Assembly (NCBI GenBank): GCA_965219415.1
Contig: CBDCNP010000002.1
Coordinates: forward strand, 2,592,001 to 2,656,000
Length of the DNA stretch: 64,000 nt
Direction of reading: 5' to 3'
Origin: Candidatus Marinacidobacterales bacterium
Lineage (GTDB): Bacteria > Acidobacteriota > Vicinamibacteria > Marinacidobacterales > DATDRI01
The notes beneath the pieces are model-generated. The model saw only the letters and a program-made list of their open reading frames with translations, did not search any database and had not been told where the DNA came from. How positions within the stretch are numbered: position 1 is the stretch's first letter; every line of letters begins with the position of its first letter. Both the position numbers and the translations under genes were made by a program. This document shows, in pieces, positions 45,501-54,480 of the stretch.

Positions 45501-46019
45501 ATGGTTAAAATGACCAATTGGTTGCGGAGGGCGATCGAATCGTCGAAAGTTCGACCTCTTGAAGTCCGGGAGGACGTGGCCATGGTCCATATCAATGCGA
45601 GCGCCGGCTATGCCCAGGTTGAAAGCTATCGCGATTCCAACTCCGTGTTGATTGAGCGCCTGCGACCACGAACGCGGCTGACGATTGATTCCGCGAAGCT
45701 GGTCGAGATTGGTCCTGACGTTTGGCTTCGAGCGCACACCGTCCAAGAGAAAGGTGGCCCCGTGTTCAAGTTTCAGATATGGCTAGCGCCCACGTCCGAG
45801 GATACGGCTCACATTGCGGCCGGCGTTTTCTTCAGTCGGCCAAGTCCGATTTGCTCCGGGCGATTTACTAACGTGAAGGATCTCGATCGGGATTACGCGC
45901 TCGGGTGGGAGTCGGCCGTCGCTTGGAGCTTTTTGGTTTGGAGCGATACACCCCTGTACCTCAACGATCGCGACGTCGGCCGTTGGCCTCGGTCCATTAC
46001 CGATCCCAAATGTTCTTAG
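45501..46019 (+). CDS. Hypothetical protein
   Basis: Open ORF with no recognised motif. Confidence 0.4.
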   Translation: MVKMTNWLRRAIESSKVRPLEVREDVAMVHINASAGYAQVESYRDSNSVLIERLRPRTRLTIDSAKLVEIGPDVWLRAHTVQEKGGPVFKFQIWLAPTSEDTAHIAAGVFFSRPSPICSGRFTNVKDLDRDYALGWESAVAWSFLVWSDTPLYLNDRDVGRWPRSITDPKCS

Positions 46020-46125
46020 TTCGAGGCTCGCGAGCGGCCATCAGCACGCCTTTTACTTCCTTAAAGATCGGTCGGAAAACACGGCGGTTCAGGGCGCTGA
46101 GGACTCTAATATTGCGCCGCCGTTT

Positions 46126-48951
46126 ATGCTTGGAGGAGGGAATGTACCTGTGACCGTCAGCCAACTCGATTTCGCTCGTTTTCTTCGACGATCTCCGACC
46201 TCCCGGATTCGATCAGCGGCGTTCGCCTTGGGAACGATGTTGTTAGCCCAAGCCGCCAGTGCGCAGACGCTAGAGGTGAAGGTTGTCGATCCGCTTTCTT
46301 TCGCCGTGACCAACGCGACGGTCGCGATTGGCGATCGGGAGGTGCGGACCGACGGTACGGGTACGGCAGTGTTTCAAAGCCTGGGTGCCGGCCCGCACTC
46401 CGTTGTGGTTTCGGCTCCCGGCTTCGCGACAGCAATTGAGGAGGTGGCCGAGTCGGAAGGAACTGTCACGATCGAACTGCAGGTACAGTCGGTCAGCGAG
46501 GTCATCAACGTGCAAGCCAACGTCGGCACCCGAGCGCTGCCGCGGACGGTCACAGAGTCGGTCGTACCCATCGACGTCATCTCGTCCAACGACATGGTCG
46601 GCCGAGGTGATACGGACATCGCGGATCAGTTGAGAACCGTCCTGCCCTCCTACAATGTCAACGCCCAGCCCGTCGGCGACGCGGCCAGGATCGTTCGGCC
46701 AGCAACCCTCCGTGGCCTGGCACCCGATCACACGCTGATCCTGGTCAACGGGAGACGGCGGCATCGGTCGGCGATCATCACTTGGCTGGGGGGCGGATTT
46801 GCAGACGGCGCCCAGGGACCGGATATCTCGGTTATCCCGTCGATCGCGCTGCGGCAGGTCGAAGTGCTGCGGGATGGCGCCTCGGCCCAGTACGGCTCAG
46901 ACGCCATCGCAGGTGTCATGAACTTCCGACTCAAGGACGACTCCTCCGGTGGCAGTTTGGAGTTTCGTACCGGCCGTTTCATCGCGGGTGACGGTGGCAC
47001 GCACACCATTTCCGGCAACCTCGGTCTGCCGTTAGGGCCGGCCGGTTTTGCCAACCTGAGTGTCGAGTACGGCAACTCTGGCGATACCAGCCGCAGCGTC
47101 CAGCGTACCGACGCTGCGGCTCTCATTAGGAGTGGCAATACCCATGTCGCGGATCCGGCGCAGATCTGGGGCTCTCCGAAAATCGACGACGATTTCAAGT
47201 TTTGGGGCAACTTCGGACGCGTCTTCAACAAGGTACAACTTTATGGTCATACGAATTACGCCAGCAGGAGGGTAACCGGCGGGTTCTTCTTCCGTAATCC
47301 CAATACCCGGGCTGCGGTCTTCAGCGCTGATGCCGGCGAGACCCTGCTCATCGGCGATGTGCTCGACGCTCAAGACGGGATCCTCGATGGTTCGGCTAAC
47401 TGCCCTGAGGTGCCGGTCGTCAACGGGGTCCCCCGTCAGGAGACCCTTTCCAGAGTCTTCCTTGATCCCGGCTGTTTCTCTTTCCAGGAAATCTTCCCAG
47501 GGGGGTTCACGCCGCAGTTTGGCGGTGAGCGGACCGACGCATCCGTGGTCGCCGGTCTCCGCGGCCAAGCCGCGGGAAGAATGGTTTGGGATGCCAGCAT
47601 CAGCCAGGGCTACAGTGCAGTGGACTTTTTCATCTTCAACACAGTCAATGCTTCACTGGGTCCGACAACACCCACCGACTTCGATCCCGGTCTCTACCGG
47701 CAGCAGGACCGCGGCTTCAATCTGGATCTTAGCTACGCCGTCAACGAGCGCGTCCACCTGGCTGGCGGTGGCGAGTGGCGTGAGGAACATTTCGAGATTG
47801 GCCTTGGCCAGAGGGAGTCGTGGGAGATCGGCCCGTACGCCCCTCAGGGCTTCAGCGCGGGCTCCAACGGCTTTCCCGGATTCAGTCCCATCGCCGCCGG
47901 CCAATGGAGCCGCAGCAACATAGCGCTCTACGGCGATGTCGAGTTGCGGGGTAACGTAGGCAAGTGGGCAGTCGCCACCGCCGCCAGGTTCGAAGACTTT
48001 GAAGATTTTGGCGCCACCCTAAACGGCAAGCTCGCTGGCCGTTACCAATTGACCCAAGATTGGGCACTGCGCGGGAGCGTGAGTAGCGGATTTCGGGCGC
48101 CGACGCCCGGACAGCAGAATGCGTTCAACGTGTCGACCCGTTACGATCTCCGGCTCATGGACTTGGTCAACGACGGCATCATTCCTTCGACCTCGAGGGT
48201 GGCTCATCTCCGAGGCGGGCGGTTGCTGGAACCCGAGCGGTCGATCAACTACAGCCTGGGAGCGGTGATCGACAGAGGCCCGCTCAAGTTCACTGTCGAT
48301 TACTTCCGCATCGATCTTTCCAATCGACTCGCCTTGACACGGTCGTTCGTTCTCAGTCCCGAGGAAGCGGAGAACCTCATCGCAGAGGGCGTCACCAGTG
48401 CGCGCAACCTGCAGAACTTCCGTTTCTTCACTAACGACTTCGAGACCCGGACACAAGGAATCGACTTGGTGGTCACCTATAAGCCGGCGGCGCTCAGCGG
48501 CGACACGACGTTCGACTTCCTCTTCAACCACACCGATACTGAAGTCACTGAGTTCAATCGGGATGTGTTGGACACCGAACGGATCCGTCGATTGCAGAAA
48601 GCGGTTCCCGGAACGCGCTGGAACTTCACCATGCATCATGGTCTCAGCCGATGGCGTCTACTCGGACGCCTCAGCTACTATGGCGACTGGTACGATTCGC
48701 GGGACGTTCGAGTCTACAACGGCGAGTATCTCTTCGACTTTGAAGCTTCCTATCCCCTCAGCGAGTCCATCACCTTCACCGTTGGCGTCCAGAACTTGTT
48801 CGACAATCAACCGCAGGAGAACCCCAACGCCTCCGCCACCGGCAATCGCTACAGCGCATACACGCCGTTTAATTACAATGGTGCGTTCTACTACGTCCGG
48901 CTCGGCTACAACTGGAAGTGGAAGAGTGGTAGCGGCCGGAGTGTCCCCTGA
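46126..48951 (+). CDS. TonB-dependent receptor
   Basis: Plug motifs LRGLAPDHTLILVNGRR and EVLRDGASAQYGSDAIAGVMNF; GFRAP; barrel C-terminus. Confidence 0.92.
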   Translation: MLGGGNVPVTVSQLDFARFLRRSPTSRIRSAAFALGTMLLAQAASAQTLEVKVVDPLSFAVTNATVAIGDREVRTDGTGTAVFQSLGAGPHSVVVSAPGFATAIEEVAESEGTVTIELQVQSVSEVINVQANVGTRALPRTVTESVVPIDVISSNDMVGRGDTDIADQLRTVLPSYNVNAQPVGDAARIVRPATLRGLAPDHTLILVNGRRRHRSAIITWLGGGFADGAQGPDISVIPSIALRQVEVLRDGASAQYGSDAIAGVMNFRLKDDSSGGSLEFRTGRFIAGDGGTHTISGNLGLPLGPAGFANLSVEYGNSGDTSRSVQRTDAAALIRSGNTHVADPAQIWGSPKIDDDFKFWGNFGRVFNKVQLYGHTNYASRRVTGGFFFRNPNTRAAVFSADAGETLLIGDVLDAQDGILDGSANCPEVPVVNGVPRQETLSRVFLDPGCFSFQEIFPGGFTPQFGGERTDASVVAGLRGQAAGRMVWDASISQGYSAVDFFIFNTVNASLGPTTPTDFDPGLYRQQDRGFNLDLSYAVNERVHLAGGGEWREEHFEIGLGQRESWEIGPYAPQGFSAGSNGFPGFSPIAAGQWSRSNIALYGDVELRGNVGKWAVATAARFEDFEDFGATLNGKLAGRYQLTQDWALRGSVSSGFRAPTPGQQNAFNVSTRYDLRLMDLVNDGIIPSTSRVAHLRGGRLLEPERSINYSLGAVIDRGPLKFTVDYFRIDLSNRLALTRSFVLSPEEAENLIAEGVTSARNLQNFRFFTNDFETRTQGIDLVVTYKPAALSGDTTFDFLFNHTDTEVTEFNRDVLDTERIRRLQKAVPGTRWNFTMHHGLSRWRLLGRLSYYGDWYDSRDVRVYNGEYLFDFEASYPLSESITFTVGVQNLFDNQPQENPNASATGNRYSAYTPFNYNGAFYYVRLGYNWKWKSGSGRSVP

Positions 48952-49378
48952 GAGACCGTGACAAGAAATCCGGTCCGATGACCAGGTTTCAACTGTGTCG
49001 ATCCGGCACCCCACAAATTTTCAAGGACTTGGGCGTTGCAAAACCCTATTTCAGTGTCGATTCGATTGGCGATACCGTCGTGTCCAAAAATACAAACGAA
49101 CTCAAGACCGGCGCGCCGGCTGCTTGGAGTCGCTCCAGAACGGCCCCGTCCTGTGCCAAAACTCGGCTGTGCCTTCTATTTATTCATCCGCGCGCACCGA
49201 ACTTGATTAGTCTCCGGTCTGCCCGCTGTGCTCCGCAAGGAGTCGGTCCAGTGGTACGCGATCTTCTTTTTTGCGGATCACAGGTAGCCGCAACGAACGT
49301 TCGTCTCGATCATCTTTCGCGACTTGGAAACCGAATAGAACATCGGCAAGCCTGTCGCGGATCACTTATGATTCGGCC

Positions 49379-49870
49379 ATGCGCTCATTGCTCAAGATTG
49401 CCGTCGGCATTGCCGCCCTAGTCGCGACGTTCGGGGCCGGGTGGCTCGTCGCAGTCACCGGTACCGGTCAAGCGATCCCCCCGGCCTCACTCTCGGAACT
49501 TGAGCGGGTGTTCGCCGAGCGGATGCAGAACGTGGTACTCACAGGCCACTACACCATCGAAGGCCGCGAGCGTCGCGACGACAACTCGGAACGCTACGAG
49601 ATCACCAGCGTGGCGAAGGTCGGTGATCACAGGTGGCGGTTCGACGTTCACATGACCTACGGAAGCGTCGACGTGACGCTGCCGGTCGTCGTGCCCATCC
49701 AGTGGGCGGGTGACACTCCGATGGTCACCATGACCGACGTCGCCATCCCGGGGCTCGACGGCACTTTCACAGCGCGGGTCATGTTCCACGCAGAACGATA
49801 CGCCGGCAGTTGGCAGCACGGCGAGTCCGGTGGGTTCATGTACGGCACGATCGCGCCGCTGAGCGACTAA
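49379..49870 (+). CDS. Hypothetical membrane-anchored protein
   Basis: N-terminal TM segment; intact ORF between two type-G ends. Confidence 0.65.
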   Translation: MRSLLKIAVGIAALVATFGAGWLVAVTGTGQAIPPASLSELERVFAERMQNVVLTGHYTIEGRERRDDNSERYEITSVAKVGDHRWRFDVHMTYGSVDVTLPVVVPIQWAGDTPMVTMTDVAIPGLDGTFTARVMFHAERYAGSWQHGESGGFMYGTIAPLSD

Positions 49871-50146
49871 AGGATGGATGTGTGCTGGCTCGTGACCTTC
49901 ATTGCTGTAGAAGTGGAAGCAAAAGGCCTTGTACCTTATAGATGATGTCGGCGTGCAGAGGAAGGTCAGGCACATGTGATCCGCAAAAAAGAAGATCGCG
50001 TTGGCCTACCTGTGTCGGCGAACGCCATAAATCCTAAGTAAGGATGTCGCCGAATGTCAGGCACCACGTGGTGAGTCCAGCCGGCATCGACGAAAGAACT
50101 GCGCCTCTCGAAATCAGGCTAAAACTCCTAGCGCGAACGGATTACG

Positions 50147-50396
50147 GGTGCTTCCGCCATCAAGTGTTGCTACGCCGTGTTCGAATGCTAGTGTCAGTTG
50201 GCCTGCCTGTGTCGGCGAACGCCATTAATGTTAATAAGGATGTCGGCGTGCACACGAAGGTGTCTCTGAACGTCAGGCACCGTGTGGTCAGCCCAGCCCG
50301 CATCGCCGAAAGAACTGCGTCTCTCGAAATCAGGCTCAAACTCTAGCACACGAGCGAGTTACGCGGCAGCCACCAACACTTGATGGCGGAAGCACC
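50147..50396. mobile_element. Type-D MITE (~250 bp) with B-family TIRs; second copy 51059-51309; partials 50003-50146 and 27570-27612
   Basis: GGTGCTTCCGCCATCAAGTGTTG inverted at both ends. Confidence 0.88.
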
Positions 50397-50607
50397 CGAC
50401 GGTCCCGATCGAGGATCGCGGTGACCGTCTTACCCACGCAGTGTCGTCCGATGAGCCCGGCGAGCTCGGCCACGGCAGTCTCTAGCTCATCTCGACAACC
50501 GGTGGCAGCGCTTGGACGACTAGGACCGCCCTCCTCGTCTCCTCGGTCAGCTTGGTGCGATCGGCTTCCTTCCAGTTCCACCACTCGGGCCAGCGGTGAT
50601 TCTGCAA

Positions 50608-50955
50608 TCAAGTGTTGGCGGCCGCCGAGAGCTCATCGACCTTGGCGGCCAAGATGAAGTCGCTTTCCGTCAGGCCATCGATCTTGTGAGTCCAGATCGT
50701 GAGTCTAACCATACCCCATGCCAGGTGGATATCTGGGTGGTGTCCCTGGGCTTCAGCCAGCTCTCCGACTCGGTTGGTGAATGCGAGGGCCTCCCGGAAG
50801 TCTTTGAATCGAAACTCTCTCTCCAAATGATGTTGTTCAACGGTTCGCCAGTTGCCACCGAGCTTCTGCTGGAGTCCCTTTAGCGCGGGACCTCGGATCG
50901 GCGGCACCCCGCCCCGGCAGGGTACGCATTCCTTTTTCGCTAGCTCATTCGCCAA
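50608..50955 (-). CDS. phhB: Pterin-4-alpha-carbinolamine dehydratase
   Basis: AEAQGHHPDI, WTHKIDGLTESDFILAAK. Confidence 0.88.
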   Translation of the reverse strand: MANELAKKECVPCRGGVPPIRGPALKGLQQKLGGNWRTVEQHHLEREFRFKDFREALAFTNRVGELAEAQGHHPDIHLAWGMVRLTIWTHKIDGLTESDFILAAKVDELSAAANT

Positions 50956-51427
50956 TTGGACCTCCTCGCAGCATAACAGTGAACCTATTTTAACCGGCGG
51001 TCTACCAGATCTCCGTCAACCAGTTTTCCGTTCAGCACTTTGCCACCCCGTCCTGTGCGGTGCTTCTGCCATCAAGTGTTGCTACGCCGCTAGAGGCATT
51101 TGAATGCTAGTGTCAGTTGGCCCGCCTGTGTCGGCGAACGCCATAAATAAAGGATGTCGGCGTGCACACAAAGATGTCCTGAACGTCAAGCACCGCGCGG
51201 TCAGCCCAGCCTGCATCGCCGAAAGAACTGCGTCTCTAGAAATCAGGCTAAAACTCTAGCACGCGAGCGGGTTACGCGGCGGCCGACAACACTTGATGGC
51301 GGAAACACCGCGGTGACCTGACGGACACGACTTCTCGATCACCTAACGAGTGCCACTTCATTGCCTTGGTGCACAACTCGCGATCTCGGTCCACAATTGT
51401 CCTGTACTCGCGGATACGAGGTTCCCC

Positions 51428-51533
51428 ATGAGCATTTTCAAACGCACTCAGCGGAAGTATGTAAAGAACGCCTATCGCGTGAGGAATTGGCGTGAATACG
51501 AGGCGGGTCTACGCAACCGCGGGAGCCTGACCG
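51428..51533 (+). pseudogene. IS5-family transposase N-terminal stub
   Basis: YRVRNWREYEAGLRNRGSLT. Confidence 0.7.
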
Positions 51534-51703
51534 CGTCCTGTGCCAAAACTCGGCCCTTTTGAAATAGACCACAAATCAGCAGCTTAGACGCCCTTGGAAT
51601 CCGCGCAGAATCCAGGGTATTTCGCGCCACAAGGCTGACTTCCGACCCATGGGCTGGCGGATGAATAAATAGAAGGCACAGCCGAATTTTGGCACAGGAC
51701 GGG
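51532..51703. mobile_element. A+C hybrid MITE variant capped by an extra A stub; inverted copy 59030-59178
   Basis: Repeated ~150-bp unit with A and C ends. Confidence 0.82.
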
Positions 51704-51775
51704 GTTCTGGTGATCCCCGTTCGGCGGGACATGGCTTGACTTCCTTAAAGACGCCTCGTCGAGGGAAGGACCGAT

Positions 51776-53140
51776 TTAGGAAACGTACCAGGTCGGAGCG
51801 GGGCTGATCTGGGGTTCCGGTCTCGCTGTGGCATGTACGCTGAGTCGGATCGAGTTCCACCGACCACAATGCTCGCAGTAGTCGGCCCACTCGGCGTAAG
51901 TGGTTCCGCAAGAACCACAACTGTAGTCATGCATCAAGCCACCGATCTCACCCAGCACCGTCTTGCTTTTGCTGAGTGCTTCCTTGAAGTCGCCCTTACT
52001 CTCCAAAACTCGCGCGATGTAGACGTGCAGAGCGGGGAGACCGCTTACCGCATCCTCGATCTGTCGAAACTCGTTCAAGGCTTCGTCCAACATGAACAGT
52101 CGGTAGTACAGTTTGCCGAGGCAATACCGTAACGGAGCCTCGTTATCCGACATCACGATCGCCTGCTTCCACGTTCCGATGGCCTCTTCCGGCCGCTCCG
52201 CTCCCAGGAAATGATTTTGCACCGCGGAGAAGAGCTCGGTGGATCCGGTGCTCTGAAACCCCTTTCGCCAAACCGACAATGCTTCGTCAACGTCGCTGGC
52301 CTCGATGCGCGCCTCCCCCAGCTTCAGGTACGCGGGGACGAACTCGCTATCGCGCTTCAGAACTGAGTTGAAAGATTGGATGGCTTCCTTGACATCGCCG
52401 CGGGCGAGCTGCTCACGCCCCACTTCGAACCGGATACCGATGGATGTTTCCTGCGCCGCTTCTTTTTCGGCGGTGAGCGTGAGCATCTTCTCTATCTTTG
52501 ACTGAAGCGCATCGGCGGCGGCCCAGTCTTTTTGTTTGATTTTCAGGTCACGTAGCTTGTGGTGGGCCGACACGGTCGCTTGAGGATCGAGCTCGATGAT
52601 CCGCGTCAACACCTGCTCCGCGTGTTCCCAATCTCCGAGATCGTGATAGGCATCGGACAAGCAGTAGAGCGCTATGAGGTGCTCGGGCGCTTCCACGATC
52701 GCCTTTTCCAGCGAGACCGCAGCTTCCCGGTACCGCTTCAGGGCGCGCAGGCTGTCACCTTGCTTGATGAGGGCGTCCAGATGGTTCGGCTCGCGTGCCA
52801 ACGCATCGTCGAACCTAGCAACCGCCTGTTCGTACCGCCCATTCACCATGTCGTCCAAGCCGTGGAGGTAGAGGTCCTCGGTTCTCTCGTGGGCACGGTG
52901 TAGTCGTTTCTCCTTCCAGTTCCGGGCAAACCGCCGCGCACCACCGGCGATGTCGAAGAACAGAATGAGCGCTGCACCCGCACCGAACGCCCCAAGGAGC
53001 ATCATCCAAAGCTCCAAGCTAAAGGGCTGCAGGAAGGCTAGGCTTATCTGGACCGGCTCCCGGTTCATGACGATGGTGGACGCCAGAATCCATGCCGCCA
53101 CGAAAATCAGCAGCAGGCTGAATAGGGTCTTGAACCTCAT
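51776..53140 (-). CDS. LapA-LapB-like fusion (TM segments, TPRs, rubredoxin-type Zn site)
   Basis: Two N-terminal TM segments, TPRs, CGSC...CEHC. Confidence 0.72.
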   Translation of the reverse strand: MRFKTLFSLLLIFVAAWILASTIVMNREPVQISLAFLQPFSLELWMMLLGAFGAGAALILFFDIAGGARRFARNWKEKRLHRAHERTEDLYLHGLDDMVNGRYEQAVARFDDALAREPNHLDALIKQGDSLRALKRYREAAVSLEKAIVEAPEHLIALYCLSDAYHDLGDWEHAEQVLTRIIELDPQATVSAHHKLRDLKIKQKDWAAADALQSKIEKMLTLTAEKEAAQETSIGIRFEVGREQLARGDVKEAIQSFNSVLKRDSEFVPAYLKLGEARIEASDVDEALSVWRKGFQSTGSTELFSAVQNHFLGAERPEEAIGTWKQAIVMSDNEAPLRYCLGKLYYRLFMLDEALNEFRQIEDAVSGLPALHVYIARVLESKGDFKEALSKSKTVLGEIGGLMHDYSCGSCGTTYAEWADYCEHCGRWNSIRLSVHATARPEPQISPAPTWYVS

Positions 53141-53505
53141 CTCCGCTCCAGTTTAGTCCAGACCCGTCGCGTCCTGTACCAAAACGCGGCCCTTTTGAGA
53201 TGCTTCCGCAATTAAGTGTTGGTGAGATGATGCTAAGACTTTACGCTGCATTAGATTACAGCCAAAATAGCGCTCGCGACCTTCGCCGCGCGCTAAATGG
53301 AGCGTAAGCGCTTTTTTTGCAAAGGAATACGTACACATTACCAACAGCAAACAGCGCAAGCACCAAAGGGCCGAGTTTTGGCACAGGACGGGGGCACTGG
53401 TCGCGTTCAAGCTTCCGTCGTAATCCGACTCTGATCGAATCGTTGAAACGAAACTCCCGATCGCATAGGCTGCCCGTCTCTGTCGATCACGTCTGGAGGG
53501 CTAAC

Positions 53506-54466
53506 ATGAAGGGGAGAGCTTCTCGCGTACTTGCGGCCTTGGCTCTGGCGGCAAACTGGGCATGTCAGCCGGTGCAGGCGCCCGATACCGCTATCGATAA
53601 GGCCGGACCGCCGCCGGGTGCCGTTTGGGAAGGCGAAGCGTTCACCTTTCAACAGGTTCGCGACGATATCTACCACGCCGTTGGTACGGGTAACTTGACC
53701 ATCGGATGCAACGGCAGCGTCATTATTAATGAGAACGACGTGCTCCTGGTGGACTCTCACATGACGCCGGCCGCTTCATGGGCGCTCTTGAAAGAGTTGA
53801 AAAGCATCACCCACAAGCCCGTGCGCTACGTCGTGAATACCCATTTCCATTTCGACCACGCGCACGGCAACCGTCAGGCGCTTCCTCAGCGTGATCGTCG
53901 GCGGCGTCGGGACTATCGCATCTGCGGAAACAAGTCTCGATTCTGAAAAATTATCAAGACGCGACGAATGGTCCCAGGCGCGACCTTCCATGGATGCCCC
54001 CGATACTAGCTGCTCGCGTTCCGCTTCGGCGTTCGGATCGGTCGCGTCGATGGCCATCTGAAGCTGCGGCCGAAGTACAGGAGCTGAATCTCCCGGCCTC
54101 CGCGTGTGAGCGGCCATCGTAACCGGTGACCTCTTGACCAACGGCCTCGCCTATATGGGGAACGCCTACTTGAACGAGTGGGCCGACACGCTCGACGAGG
54201 TCAAGAAACTCGACTTCGACGTCGTACTTCCCGGGCATGGCCGTGCGTTCGAGGACATCGAGAAGATCGATCACTTCCAGGCTTATCTGCGCGATTTGTG
54301 GCCCAAGATCGTAGCCAAGAACGAGGCGGGCGTCAGTGAGGAAGAAGCAGCCCAAACGATCGATATGACGAACCACGCGGAGCATTTCTCTCAAATCGAC
54401 GGGCCGGGCGTGCACCCTCACGCCGTGCAGCGCGCCTACGCGCTCCTCAACGGCACCGAGCACTAG
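53506..54466 (+). pseudogene. Metallo-beta-lactamase-fold hydrolase with an inverted and scrambled centre
   Basis: THFHFDHAHGN, then TGDL and VLPGHG; 53872-54110 reads as gene pieces on the minus strand. Confidence 0.82.
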
Positions 54467-54480
54467 CCGGAAGGACGACG

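Larger units (their letters stand above)
61..50000. repeat. Type-G dispersed terminus TGTGATCCGCAAAAAAGAAGATCGCG, 5 copies (61-84, 17432-17451, 23969-23994, 49257-49282, 49975-50000)
   Basis: Near-identical ~26-bp sequence starting TGT, located at cargo boundaries in both orientations. Confidence 0.75.
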
